A stretch of DNA of 64,000 nucleotides, taken from the NCBI GenBank assembly GCA_964188305.1, contig OZ076903.1; one strand, given 5' to 3'. Positions 35,504 through 48,422 of this stretch are shown here, piece by piece. How positions within the stretch are numbered: the stretch's first letter is position 1; each line of letters starts with the position of its first letter. Both the position numbers and the translations under genes were made by a program. Source of the DNA: Podarcis bocagei. Its lineage: Eukaryota. The notes below the pieces were generated by a model. That model ran no database searches. It was not told where the DNA came from and saw nothing but the letters and a program-made list of their open reading frames with translations.

Positions 35504-36332
35504 GTAAGTTACAGAGCCTGTAACTTGTTCCTAATGTATGCAGTCAGTTGAAATATGTTTTCTCCTCCCTCCCCTCCATCCCAGCAGGAACCCCCCCCCC
35601 AAAAAAAACCCCTCATACTGCTCATGATAAACTAGCATGTTGTATATGGAGAAATCTTCCTGGATTGATTTTCTGTGTGCTTATATTGGGTAGAGAGATC
35701 TCTACTGCTTGATTCTGCTTATACTGTACACTGGCCAAAATGATGATTTAAACTTGAAATGGTTAAAGATCTTTCTACAGGTAATGTCATCATACAAAAT
35801 TATTATAGAACATTGTTTTAGATATGAAGCTGTGCTATTTGGTACTAATGTGAATGTATTTGATTGCATTGTTTCATTTGTACAATACCCTTTTGAAAAT
35901 GGGTTGTAAACTTTCTGTATATTTCTGTACTCCTGCAATAATGCAGTGATCAGCGAGATCTGCCCATCTGCAGTATTTTAATAAATATATTTGGGATAGC
36001 TGCAGTTTACAAAGACACCTATCCTCTTCCCCCTGAAATTTATTCTTATGCTATGAGTCTAGGGTACCTCCTAAAATGGGAATATTTAGGTAAAACTTCA
36101 TGGGGACAGGAAGATAGCACTGTGCATACAAACACATAATGGATTGTAGTGTGCATGGTTAATTTGCTTCTGTCATCCCATAGGCATACATCTAATAATA
36201 TATGTCATTGGTATCTGCAAACTTGGGAGCTATGCTAATAATTATCTATGGAGTTGGGAGCAATGTTGTTGTAAACCTCCAGTTTTAGAGTTACAAAAGT
36301 ATACAGAACATGTTAATAAAAGTGCATTATTT

Positions 36333-36337
<5 letters not shown>

Positions 36338-36367
<30 letters not shown>
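36338..36367. repeat. (TG)n microsatellite
   Basis: Seen directly. Confidence 0.95.
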
Positions 36368-36370
<3 letters not shown>

Positions 36371-36690
36371 GTACATTTTCTAGTATAGAATAAAGTAGCA
36401 TGCTTATTAAGGACTGCAACTGTTTGCCTCTATGGAAAAACAAAGAAGCCAGTATATTAGGCCTTTCATAACACTTTAAATATTAGTATATTTTGTTTGG
36501 TTAAGACATCCTGGGCTGCAGCATCTAGGATTAATTAAATTAGTCATCTTGTAGGGGTGATTCTCTCCAAGACAGTCAATTAAAATTGGGTTGAAGGGAA
36601 AGCTTCACTACTGGCTTTTTAATTTCATCTTTTAATGATCAGCTAAAGTGAAATAGGCTGTATTTAATTTAAACTTTTTTTATGAATCAG

Positions 36691-36766
36691 CTTCTGAAGT
36701 AAAGATTCCAAAACCCAGAGGAAGACCAAAATTGATTAAACCAGTCTGCCCTCCTGAGAGTGATGT
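36691..36766 (+). CDS. PSIP1: PSIP1 exon with AT-hook 2 (PKPRGRPK)
   Basis: Homology; CAG/GTAAGT; 76 bp. Confidence 0.95.
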
Positions 36767-37560
36767 GTAAGTTTGTTTTTAAGCATTGGCATTTGATATG
36801 GAGTGTTAGGAATGCAGTGGGTTAAAATAGAAATTACATCAAATATGCAAGTATGTATGAATGACTTGACAGATGAGTGCTTGAAGGGGCATATTGCTAT
36901 TATGGGTTGACCTCTGTTTCACCCCAGATTTGCCATGCCCTATACCCTCAGGCAGGTTCCTGTGAAGATATAGCCAAGTCTTGTCTTAGGTCAGAAGAGA
37001 CTTTTTGATTCCTAACTCAGCTTCTCCCTATTGCAATGGATTCCCTGCAGCCACATAGGATAGAAGGAGGTGGGCAACTTGCTGCAGGGCCCATGTGTGA
37101 AACATCACCTAGTCTCTTGATCTATATCGTTCATGGATTATTACAGCTACTAGATGGAGATTTACTGGTTGGATCCATGAAGTGATTAACACTTCATTAT
37201 GAAAGGGAGCACACAAGGCTGCTGCTTCAGAAAACATCATTGGACTCATGGTGAGTCACAAGCTGTTAAGTAGCTTCACATGCTCCTGTAAGTAATTTTG
37301 TGTTGGCTGTCAGGAGTATGGACCATTCCTTAGTTCACATTAAACAGGGGCAAAACTAGGCTTTATTTCACCCAGGTCAAAGACCCAGTTTGGCACCCTT
37401 GTTCATTCGCGCGCACACAGAGACAGACAGACAGACACTAGGAGACTCAATGATGCCCCTCTGGAGGCTTCACCCCCTGGTAGCTACGGTTCCGCATGCA
37501 AATAATTCCTTTTCATAGGGAAAAGGAGATTGAGCTGGCTACAGGGTAAAAGAAAATGTA

Positions 37561-37784
37561 CAGTGGTACCTCAGGTTACATACGCTTCAGGTTACAGACT
37601 CCGCTAACCCAGAAATAGTGCTTCAGGTTAAGAACTTTGCTTCAGGATGAGAACAAATCGTGCTCCCGCGGCACGGCAGCAGCGGGATGCCCCATTAGCT
37701 AAAGTGGTGCTTCAGGTTAAGAACAGTTTCAGGTTAAGTACGGACCTCCGGAACAAATTAAGTACTTAACCTGAGGTACCACTA
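37561..37784. mobile_element. MITE family A (reverse orientation) abutting a PSIP1 3' splice site
   Basis: TIR and TA. Confidence 0.88.
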
Positions 37785-37813
37785 TATTCTTTTTTTGTTT
37801 GGATTGCTTTTAG

Positions 37814-38042
37814 TGTTCACGAGGAAGATAAGAGTAAAAGAAAGGGACCTGAAGAAAAACCACCCAAAAAACTGCAAAAAAGGGATGAAGAAAGTCAAAG
37901 AGAAGAAGACAATGTAAGAAAAGACCCAGATAAGAAAGAAGGCAAAAAAGAAGCCGAGCCAAAAAAGAAAACTACTTCCAAAGTGGGATCAGCATCAGCC
38001 TCAGATTCTGAAGAAGACGGAGAAGAGCAGGAAGGGAATAAA
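37814..38042 (+). CDS. PSIP1: PSIP1 charged-region exon (...SASASDSEEDGEEQEGNK)
   Basis: Homology; TAG/GTATGT; 229 bp; phases fit. Confidence 0.95.
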
Positions 38043-38534
38043 GTATGTGTTTGTCCAGTCTTTCAGTTAGGGAAACCTTTTGGTGCATGCCAAGCTATAT
38101 TCTGTAGCTAGTTTCTGGTGCTCCATGTGAAATGTATTTTTCTTGTTTTATAAGGTAAACTGTTAGGACCTGATTTTAATGTAAAGCCGTGGCCAACTTC
38201 AATGGCTTGGTGCCACATGGCAAAAATACTTGGACATGATATGCTCTGTGCATCATGTGGTATTGATGATCTCACGGAAATTATGGGGCTATTTTGGAGT
38301 TATTTTGTTTAAAAGAATTTCTGTACTGCGTAATATTAAAAATCTAAGCAGTGCACAAGAATCCAACATAAAGACAATATTGGAAAAGCATATAAACAGA
38401 AATTCCGTAATAACAAGACCGACTTTTATGAGTCAGGGAAAGCTCAAATATATTTTTACAAGATGTCTGAAGCAACTGATGGCTTCAGCTACTAAAATCA
38501 GTTTTCCTTTCTATTCAAAATTAAAATGGTACAG

Positions 38535-38650
38535 AAGAAAAAAGGAAGAAATATCCAAGGGCCTCACAGAAGGAATATTTTAAAAGCCCAACATGATCGT
38601 GAAGTAGCAGAGAGAAAACGTAAGCAGGAAGAGCAAATGGAAGTAGAACT
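38535..38650 (+). CDS. PSIP1: PSIP1 exon (KKKGRNIQGPHRRNILKAQHDREVAERKRKQEEQMEVE)
   Basis: Homology; CAG(AAG) acceptor, GTGAGT donor. Confidence 0.93.
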
Positions 38651-39232
38651 GTGAGTATATTCTGCTTTTGTAAAAATTGAGCAGTTATGTGACTAGGGCA
38701 TTAAAAGAAAAGAAAGATTCTCTACCATTCTTTGTCTAGTAGTGTCTTTGTAAATACTATTTAAGCTGAAATCCTACAGCTCACATTTGGCTAACCAAAA
38801 GACAGTAGAAAGTGGCTTAAGTGCCTTTTAGCTGGTGGAAAGACCTGCTCTCATAACAGTGTGTACACTCACAAGTTACACTACCAGAGGCCCCCAGTAC
38901 ACCTCCAGAGAGCTCCATGGGCGGAGGGAGGGAAATGGGTATGTTGAGAGTGGCTGCAGATCCACAGGATCCTAAGCCCCCTAACACAGACTACGAAACA
39001 GCACCAGCCTACTCTGTAGCTGAAATAGTTAACTCCACTCCCACCACTGCCATTGTAGTCAATGAGAAGAAAAAGAAGAAGACATGGAAACTGACACTAT
39101 GACTTTAGTTGTGGAAGTAGCTCTGTCAAAGATTCTACCACCACCAGGATTGATCTGTAAGTCTCTAAAGTATATTCATTTGCTTCCAAAAGTTGAGAAT
39201 TATTTACTTTAAATTGTTGGATAATTTTATAG

Positions 39233-39288
39233 GCAAAACAAAGAAGAAGGCAAAAAACCGGAAGCTAAGAAGATGGAGAAAAAACGAG
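39233..39288 (+). CDS. PSIP1: PSIP1 exon (QNKEEGKKPEAKKMEKKR)
   Basis: Homology; 56 bp; phases fit. Confidence 0.93.
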
Positions 39289-39861
39289 GTTTGTAGTGAA
39301 AGGTTTTTTATGTTTAGTAAATTTTGTATTACAGAGGTATACCCAAAAGAAAGCATACACAGGTGTGTGTTTTTCTGCAGTTCCCTTTTCTCCCACATGT
39401 GTAAATGTCATTTCAACTTTTAAATATCTGCTTGGAACTGACAGCATACAGGAATTTAATTTGCTTTATGACATGAAAGCTCGATGGCTTGTCAAGACTT
39501 TGTTTCTATTCATAGTGTCATTGCAGAATCCATGATACCGTTAAGGTGCTAGGTACTCTTCATACATTAAAATGTGTCCGTAGGAATGTGCCAAGAAGAC
39601 TAAGCTGCTGCTTTATATGAACATAAGTCTTACTAAAATGTTCTGGGTTTGCTATGAAAAAGCAAATTGCATTGTCTGCGTTTCAGCTTAAATTTGTATG
39701 CCAATATTGTTTTGAGTACAGTCAGAATAGTGCAGTTTTATTACTAGCTTCCAGTTTTGCTTTATCAGTTTTGGTGTATTTTACTCAAAGCTGCTCAAAG
39801 GCATTTTCCCCATATGGATTTTATATTCACTATCATTTAAGATATGTTTCTTAATATTTAG

Positions 39862-39932
39862 AAACATCAATGGATTCACGACTTCAAAAGATACATGCAG
39901 AAATTAAAAACTCACTCAAAATCGACCACCTT
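39862..39932 (+). CDS. PSIP1: PSIP1 integrase-binding domain exon 1 ([24 protein letters not shown])
   Basis: IBD homology; TAG/GTGAGT. Confidence 0.97.
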
Positions 39933-40372
39933 GTGAGTATATTGTGCTAATACCATTTGTTTCTGCAAGCTGACAAAAGTGTGTGTTTGTGTGTGTGAAT
40001 TAAAGTGCATTAAAAATGTATATTCTTACGAAACAACTTTTTGGGTTGGCCTAGTGGTGTCTTTTTCTGACTTAGTGATATACTTAATTTGAGTTGCCTT
40101 GGATTAAATAAGAGAGATGGTGTTAACTGTATGAAGTTTAGTGTGAGGATGCAAAATGTCAGAGTATAATAGTTTGCTATACACACAGTGCCCCAAGAGA
40201 ATGGTCCATTTTCTGTGAGTTAAGCCCATTCAGTTAAAATATTCCTGCTGTAAAATCACACTGAAGTCTTCTGTGTTTTTAATTTTACAACGTTTTGTCC
40301 AAAATTGTGTGTAATAGTGATGTTCCCTCCACCATCACCTTGAGATTTAACATTTGGGTTTTCATATATTAG

Positions 40373-40474
40373 GATGTAAACAGGTGCATTGAGGCGTTGG
40401 ATGAACTTGCTTCACTTCAAGTAACAATGCAGCAAGCTCAGAAGCATGCGGAGATGATTTCAACCCTTAAGAAA
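40373..40474 (+). CDS. PSIP1: PSIP1 IBD exon 2 ([34 protein letters not shown])
   Basis: IBD homology; TAG/GTAAGA. Confidence 0.97.
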
Positions 40475-41332
40475 GTAAGATTGGTGGCTTTTCTCATAAA
40501 GGAATTATGAAGATTGTTTAGCCTGTTCATGAATCCTTTAATGTAAAACTTCTTTGTTTAAAAATAGTAGAATGCCGGGCAAGGATTGCAAAACTTAATT
40601 AGCAATAAAATAGACATGGGGGGATTTCAAGAAAATGTTGATCCATGGGGTACTTTTCTTCAGGGTTTATCCTCTCTATTCCCCCTTCTGTTTTCCATTC
40701 CTGTCCATCTGTCAGCCAGCATTCTTTAGTTCTCAATGAACTGTTATAGGTGTAGGCAAGCTGGAACACTGGTATGCATTTACAGCTTCATCAAAGTATT
40801 GGCTTCCTTCATTTGTTTTTGTGGGCAGCTCCAACTTCCATCTCTGTGGACATAGAAAAATAGGTTCTTGATATGAACCAGGAAGTAACCCATCCAAGCA
40901 ATGAGATCATTATTTCTGCCCTTTTTAGATTTGTGTCTCTTCCTCCATCCTCCTTTTCCAACCACTCCATTCCCTCTCCCAGCCCAGTTTTCAGTACCCA
41001 CCCCACCCCACAAAACCCCAGTCAGTCAATATTCAGTTGTCAATGAGCAAATGCAGTTCTCGTGAAGCTTTTTGGGTGACTTCTCAACTTCTGCAAACTT
41101 CAGGGTTCTCACAAGACTGCTAATACTTTGTGCAGGAGAAAGAGAGTAGGGTTTGATTATGGATACATAAGCACAATTTCTTAGTCTTGATATCAGATGG
41201 TATATAGATGGTGACTGTTTCAGTAAATACTAGGTGGCTTTGAGAAACTTGATTATATTCTCATATATTAACTGACCTATCTCCTTCCTCCCCCCAAATA
41301 TCTATCTATCTGTCTATCTATATCTGTCACAG

Positions 41333-41552
41333 ATACGGAAATTCAAGGTTAGCCAAGTTATCATGGAAAAATCATCTATGCTCTACAACAAATTCAAAAC
41401 AATGTTTCTCGTTGGAGAAGGGGATTCTGTTCTTTCGCAAGTATTGAATAAGTCACTAGCTGAACAGAAGCAGCACGAAGAAGCCAACAAAACCAAAGAA
41501 CAATGGAAGAAAGGACCAAACAAGAAAGCTGAAAAGGACAAAGATCAAACAG
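41333..41552 (+). CDS. PSIP1: PSIP1 IBD exon 3 ([32 protein letters not shown]...)
   Basis: IBD homology; CAG/GTGTGT; 220 bp. Confidence 0.97.
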
Positions 41553-42271
41553 GTGTGTGCAGTTCATCAAGAATATTTATTTCGTAGCACAATTAACTGG
41601 TGCATCATTTCCTGTATATATTCCAGTTTCGGATAAGCTCTGGAATTCCGAATTTAATACAAAGCACTCCTTTGCCAGTGCTTAGTCACAGCACACTTTA
41701 GCTGTATTGGTAGCAACAGACTAGGTTTCATGGTAAAGTTTTCATGTTGTGGTTTACCATTGAACACACAGAACTCCTGCTTTGCTCCTCCCCTAGCAGG
41801 AACAATAAACCACAATTCCTACCTCAGGGTTGTGCCCAGACCTGTGATGGTTGCTTGTTTCACTCTAAGCTACAATTGGTAAGTTTTGGCTTTCCATTTG
41901 GTTCATAGCAAAACAGACCACGATCCCCAGTTTGGACATAATGCTAGACCAGGGATTATTCCTCATGGCTTAACCATGATATGCAAACAGTGAATGAATG
42001 AATTTGAGAAGATGTTACATCTGTGTTTAAGAACCCACAAATTTGGAAGCTATGACTCTAATAATAGTACTTGCATGCTTTTTAAGTATGTGAAGATAAC
42101 AAAAACAAAATCTTGTTTTGAGTACAATACCATTTTGGTAGTTACAGGTTTCTGCACAGTGCAGTTTCCCCCCCCGTGTTATAACAGTGCCACTGGCACA
42201 GCTGTTGCAGCATTAGCAGTTTGTTGCTGTTTGCCTATTTTAAAACAAGACTGAGACAGAGCAACATTTCT

Positions 42272-42471
42272 NNNNNNNNNNNNNNNNNNNNNNNNNNNNN
42301 NNNNNNNNNNNNNNNNNNNNNNNNNNNNNNNNNNNNNNNNNNNNNNNNNNNNNNNNNNNNNNNNNNNNNNNNNNNNNNNNNNNNNNNNNNNNNNNNNNNN
42401 NNNNNNNNNNNNNNNNNNNNNNNNNNNNNNNNNNNNNNNNNNNNNNNNNNNNNNNNNNNNNNNNNNNNNNN
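42272..42471. other. Assembly gap (200 N) hiding most of a PSIP1 exon
   Basis: Run of N. Confidence 1.
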
Positions 42472-42486
42472 TGGCAATAAGAAAAA
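42472..42486 (+). CDS. PSIP1: 3' end of the penultimate PSIP1 exon (..GNKK), remainder in the gap
   Basis: GGC AAT AAG AAA AA|GTAAGG; phase 2 fits the last exon; the human equivalent ends STKKK. Confidence 0.7.
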
Positions 42487-43098
42487 GTAAGGGGTAGTTT
42501 TCCAATCTTAAAAGAAGTAATAACCTGAGGTAGAGGACAACAGAAGGTAGTCTGGGATCTACAGATGGGTCTCTGGGTAGCTTGCAATAGGTTTTCAGAG
42601 ATTTCCGATTTCCAGTTGTTTAACAGTAGCAGAAACACTCCTCCCACTGCATCCCAAAAATTAAGTTGCTGAAATAGAGAAAGCTTTGGGAATGCCAAAC
42701 CAGGAATGGATTTTGTGTGAAAGGGCTGTGAACTCAGTTCTGGTACTGAAAACAAATTCTGGACTGGGATGCACAAGTGTGGTGCACCGAGTGTTCCTTA
42801 ACTGTAAGATTATGCCAGTGCTGCTTTCTAAGCAACTATTTTGCATTAGCCTCCAGCTGATAGCCCTTTGGGTTCTAGGAAAAAACAAAGTAGATCCCAT
42901 GGAAGTCCATTCTCCTCTTCCCTAAGGAGTATTTCAGCGTTTATATACATGGTGATTCCTCAGTTTTCCATGCAGTTTTAAAGAGAACAAAAGGTACATT
43001 GGTATACTTGTTTCCATCACTTATGCTTCTCAGTTATTTGTTAAACAAATGTCTCTTATTTTTAAAAATATTCTTATTATCACAACTATTATTTACAT

Positions 43099-43235
43099 CA
43101 GGCATAGGCAAACTCAGCCCTCCAGATGTTTTAGGACTACAACTCCCATCATCCCTGACCACTGGTCCTGTTAGCTGGGGATGATGGGAGTTGTAGTCCC
43201 AAATACATCTGGAGGGCCGAGTTTGCCTATGCCTG
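43099..43235. mobile_element. Palindromic hAT-type MITE
   Basis: TSD ATTTACAT. Confidence 0.88.
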
Positions 43236-43985
43236 ATTTACATTGTGGCCTACAGTGTTGCAATATAGTCATAAAAACTAGCATTGGTGATTGGCTGTAA
43301 TTAAAGGATAACTATTTCCTTGTACTTTCAGCTTTAACGTTATAGGGAAGTTAGCACCCCACTTCTAACCATTGTAAATGGAACTTGCCCCCTTTTTGCT
43401 CTGGGAACGTTCCTGGGATTGCAGGATTGGGGGTGGTCCTAAGACAGCAATTCCCCAATAGAACAGCTCATGCAAAAACTGATTGAACTCACAGGAGTGC
43501 TCAGCCACCCAAAGGAGAGAGAGTGCATGGTGCCTTTTCAGGACTCACTACGCTTGACGGTCTTTCTTAGCAAATGATAAATTCTGCCACATCACCTTGG
43601 ATGTAATTTGCATCATTCGCTTATGCCTGATATATAGATGCAGCAGATTTATCTGCCACGCTAAGTTCCCAGAATAATGATTTGTGCACAAGCACAGAGG
43701 GTGGCTTTTTTAAAAGCATTTCATTCTCACTCCGACTAAAAGTATGCTTCACATACAACGTTTTGGAAACACTGGGATGTTGACAATACTAGCTTCCTGG
43801 AAAAGTGGGATGGTTGCATTTTAATTTTCTGTCTCACCTTACACTATATGTGCAGGCTGTCTCTGACTCCACCCAACCCCCCGGACTTCATACAAAAGCA
43901 GTTGTAAGATTATTGCATGTCCATACAATAAAAATATGGCTGAAACATGTTAGAAGTATACATTGGTACTGTGCTTTTTCACTAG

Positions 43986-44046
43986 GACGTCAAGTGATGG
44001 AAGAGAACAGGAGAAGACAAAGACCGCCGCCTCTGAAAATGAGTGA
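43986..44046 (+). CDS. PSIP1: PSIP1 last coding exon (TSSDGREQEKTKTAASENE*)
   Basis: TTTTTCACTAG acceptor; resembles the LEDGF C-terminus; TGA stop; AT-rich 3'UTR follows. Confidence 0.85.
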
Positions 44047-44733
44047 ATGCAGCCTAATTTTTGTAAAGTACATATTAAAGAGGATTATAAGGGTTTGCAT
44101 TTGAAAACTAGATCGCGGAAAGTTTAAAATAATTTTATAAGCATAGTATTTTAATGTGTACAATTTTTGTGGAGTTGTGAAGAGAATCTCTTTAACGTTT
44201 GTCTTTAAATATTTAAAATCCTGATAGCATTTGGCCCAGTATTAACAGGCAATACTCACTTCATATATAAAGACCAAGTTGATTTAGAGACTGAACAGTG
44301 ATTGTATGTTTTGGATTAGTACCGTAGCATATGTTTACCTGACTACTGTATGTTCACTTTTTAGTTAATGACAGAAAAATAACATTCTTTTAGAATTGCC
44401 AAATTGCTCCACTTGTATAAATCTATTTTCTTCCAGTTGTCTGTGCATAGTTTTCAGAGTTGTTGTTTGCCAAAGTGTCTGTTCGCTGTGTTTTGTAAGA
44501 AGCCAAGAGCATTTTGTAGCAGCTAAAATGTTACGTACGAGTATATTCAGTCAGTCCTTTATAAAGAAGTTGGTTTTGTTCTTGAAAGCTAATTGTGCCA
44601 ATTTAATATGCTCTGACTTTCTGTGGTATGCTTTTGGTATTGTAGATATCTTACTAAGGAAACTCAAGTTTCCATTGGAATTATTGATGCACATTTGTCG
44701 CAAACACTGTCTTGAAGCATTTTGTTTAAAAAA

Positions 44734-44739
44734 AATAAA
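44734..44739 (+). terminator. PSIP1: Candidate PSIP1 polyadenylation signal AATAAA
   Basis: AATAAA ~690 nt after the stop, at the end of an AT-rich UTR-like stretch. Confidence 0.5.
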
Positions 44740-45281
44740 GTTTATGCAGAAAAGGCAGCTCTGTATATTTTAATGAGAAATCTTCCCTTTAGTACAGAGT
44801 CAGAGAGACTGCTCACTCAGTGAAAGAGGCTAATTTACCTATTTAACTGGTTCCTCATCTTTCATAGACTGCTATTCAAAAGGAGCCCTCAGAGGCACAC
44901 ATTCCTTTGCTTCGTAGCTGAGGTAAAGATTTTAACACAGTCTTTCTGGGCGCTGTGAGACATTCTAAGTACTATAACACTTTAGCTCTCATTTGGCATT
45001 TTTCACAAAACTTAATATTACTGAAATAGTTCTGTATATCAGACAGTTAGAAGAACTTGATAGGAAAAAAATTCATGATGCAAGCATGTAAATTTACAAA
45101 TCAAAATTCAAGCTAGAATGGAGGTTGCTAACCTTTTTGGGCAAGAGAGCATTGGGAATTTTGAGGAAGTGGGTGCTAGTAACAAGATGGCTACTGTAGG
45201 GTGTAGCAGAACACAAAACAAGTGTTGTGGCCATAGAATGGTGCAAGCATTGCCCTGGTCAGTGGAAAAAAGAGCCTACAA

Positions 45282-45307
45282 GCTGCTGCTGCTGCTGCTG
45301 CTGCTGC
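45282..45307. repeat. (CTG)n microsatellite
   Basis: Seen directly. Confidence 0.95.
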
Positions 45308-46342
45308 ACTCGCTGGCAAAGAGAAGCTCTTTGCACATCTCATTGCTTCAGAACAGAAGAGAGGGTTGGTGCCCAACCAGTGAACTCTGGGCATTGCACA
45401 ATCATTAAAAAAAATGTTTAAGGGGGGTTGTTCAGGGTTGAAGAGGCCGAGGCAGCACAAAAGAGGAAATAAATACTGAGAGCTTTTGTGAGTGCCATAG
45501 GAGGTACCAGTGGGCGTAAGGTGCCTGAAGGTCCTATAAAAATAAAAGGTAAAGGACCTGTGCTGGTGGCCCCAGCTTACAGAGCCATCTATCGGAATCC
45601 CAAGCTGAACACTTAGGTCTGGATTCAAATAAGTTGTTGCACTAGCAGAAGCCTGCACAACAAGTGCTGTTAGCACAATGAGACGTTTTCTTCCTCTTCT
45701 GCAAAACATCCTCATCATCTCTGGAGAATCCCAGAAGAGCACATTGGTGATTCTGTCCGTCAAGCAGAAATGCTTGTGCTGATGGAATGATCTTACCATG
45801 ACCCCAAATCATTTCCAAGGCTTGAGTAAACAGCTGTGATTTAGGCAGACAATCAAATGAAGAGTGTCAGGTTCAGTTCAGAGTGGAGGGGATTCCACAA
45901 GCACTGCAACCTCCTCTGCCCTTCCTGGTGACCTGATCCAGTGGCTTCATTTAGCTCAAGTGTGGGGAACCTCAAATGAAGCTCTCGCCCAGCACTGACT
46001 GGACTCAAACTTTCCTAGCTTCATCATGGTTACTGTTTCATTTAATTTCAGGCCATCTCCTACAATCAATGTCTGATAAACTGTTTCAGGAAACATCCTA
46101 AAACGGGGTAACCAATATGGTGCTCCCCAGATATTGTTTGGACTCCCAACTGTTATCTTTGTTGATGTCGGCTGGGACTTTGGGGAATCTAAAAAAAGTT
46201 CTAACAACTTTTGGAGATCCACAGGTTCCCCAGCCCTGATACAGATGTTAAATACTATGTGCATATTGATCACAGGTATCCCTTCAATATACGTTGCCTT
46301 CAGCCTGTAACATGTTGGGGCACGTTACACATAGTTCTACAT

Positions 46343-46475
46343 CAGTGATGGCCAAACTTGGTCCTCCAGCTGTTTTGGGACTACAACTCCCACCCCTAGC
46401 TAACAGGACCAGTGGTCAGGGATGGTGGGAATTGTAGTCCCAAAACAGCTGGAGGGCCACGTTTGGCCATCACTG
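46343..46475. mobile_element. Palindromic hAT-type MITE
   Basis: TSD TTCTACAT/GTCTACAT. Confidence 0.85.
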
Positions 46476-46736
46476 GTCTACATGCTGTGAAAAGAAAACC
46501 GCAGCTAAAAGAGATTAAAACAAAGTGACATTCACTTGGGATAACACAATGCTCATCTTACAGTTAAAATCCAGTATTCTGTTTTTATTTGAATTATTGT
46601 GATGTAGAAGTTGAAACACTGCGAGAAGGAAATCAAAGCTTTAGGGTTTAACAAATATCAAAACTTTGTGATGCCTGAAACCTTGGATATATTTCATCAA
46701 TGCATTCTGAACAGGATTATATTCTGTAATGATATA

Positions 46737-46951
46737 TAGTTGTACCTTGGATCTCGAATGCCTTGGCTCCTGAACGATCGAAACCAGGAAGTGATTGTTC
46801 TGGTTTGCAAACGTTCTTTTGGAACCCAAATGTCTGATGGGGCTTCTGCAGCTTCCTGCAGCCAATCAGAAGCTGCACTTTGGTTTTTGGACATTTTGGA
46901 AGTCAAACAGACTTCTGGAATGGATTCTGTTCGACTTCCAAGGTACAGCTG
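46737..46951. mobile_element. TA-MITE (TIR ~CAGYTGTACCTTGGA)
   Basis: Imperfect inverted termini and TA flanks. Confidence 0.65.
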
Positions 46952-48063
46952 TATTCTAATATTGCTTCTGAGACAGCAGGTGGCACCATTACATTATAAG
47001 AAGTCTGTGCTTCAAAATACACACCCAGTGCCTTGAAATAGCAGCCATTTAAAGTAATTAAAATTTCCAACAAAGCTTGATTGCAGGTCAGGTTTTGTCT
47101 TCTCTAGTCAATTGCAGATGGTTTACTTGTCTCAGTACTCCATGGGTCTTGATGGATTCTAGGTTAGCTTCCATTTGTATAGACCCCAGCCTGTAATTGC
47201 ATTGCTTATGGAACCATGGAGCCTGGATTTTATGCGTAATAGACTAGTGAAGAATATCCAGTGGCACTTTCTAACCTAGTTTTTCCAAGGATGATGGTTC
47301 CAGCCCTGTTATCTCTGTCTAAATTCCTCACACCTTTCTTCCATTCACTACATACTATGCTGCCATGGCCACCCAACTTCTATGTATGGAAGAGCAACAA
47401 TGCTCCTAGAAAAGGTCTGTTAGTGTCACAATTTCTCCTCCAGCCACACTCCAAAACTAAGCAAGGCTGGCTGTTTCAAAAACCATGCAGGTGAATGCTT
47501 AAGGGATAAAATCAACAGGTGCAGGAGGGACTAAGCACCCCTTACTGCCCACTGAATCTCTCTGCAAATGCCTGCCCTTATAGTGACTAAAATTTGCACG
47601 TCCTACAATCTCAGAACGACCAAATTTTTCATCAAACCCCTTTTATCTTTCAGTGTTACCTGCTAAAACTGAATTTACCTGTTACTTTCAGCAACAAATT
47701 CTGCTTAATCTGCATTTTTTGTGATTCCGCACCTCTGCAAAAAGCAACTATGTAGTAGAATGCTACAGGAGGAAGAATAAACATTACCGCTTAACATTTC
47801 CAGGGATGCTTATCTGCAGCTAGGTGTAAAAGTGCATAGACGATTACTGCCTAAAGCTGGGGACTGAATGAGTACTTCCATTGGCCTGGAAGAGAGGCTT
47901 GTTATCTATTTCCATGGCCAGCATACGCAGAATAAATGGTGAAAACTATAGAATCATAGAACACTGGAGTTCAAAGGGACCCCAAGTGTCATTAGTCCCC
48001 CCGAAAAGCAGGAATCTCAACATACCGTCCCCCATCCAATTTGACACCATGCATGTCTTCACA

Positions 48064-48422
48064 AGGGGCGCGGGTGGCACTGTGGGTTAAACCACAGAGC
48101 CTAGGACTTGCCAATCAGAAGGTCGGCGGTTCAAATCCCCATGACGGGGTGAGCTCCCGTTCCTCGGTCCCAGCTCCTGCCAACCTAGCAGTTCGAAAGC
48201 ACCTCAAAGTGCAAGTAGATAAATAGGTACTGCTCCAGCAGGAAGGTAAACGGCGTTTCCGTGCAGTGCTCTGGTTCGTCAGAAGCGGCTTAGTCATGCT
48301 GGCCACATGACCCGGAAGCTGTATGCCGGCTCACTCGGCCAATAAAGCAAGATGAGCGCCGCAACCCCAGAGTCGGTCATGACTGGACCTAATGGTCAGG
48401 GGTCCCTTTACCCTTTACCTTT
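48064..48422 (+). mobile_element. Full-length Sauria SINE
   Basis: tRNA-like A/B boxes, tail, TSD ATGTCTTCACA. Confidence 0.93.

Noticed and set aside
38990-39030. Mammalian-type p52 terminal exon of PSIP1
   Set aside because: No pyrimidine tract and no convincing HQTTCNLQ-like peptide; p52 is not supported from sequence alone.
45118-45799. ORFs of 96 and 202 aa between PSIP1 and SNAPC3
   Set aside because: No recognisable domain; driven partly by (CTG)n; no splice or promoter support.
48064-48140. tRNA genes
   Set aside because: The A/B-box sequences are tRNA-derived SINE heads continuous with SINE bodies.
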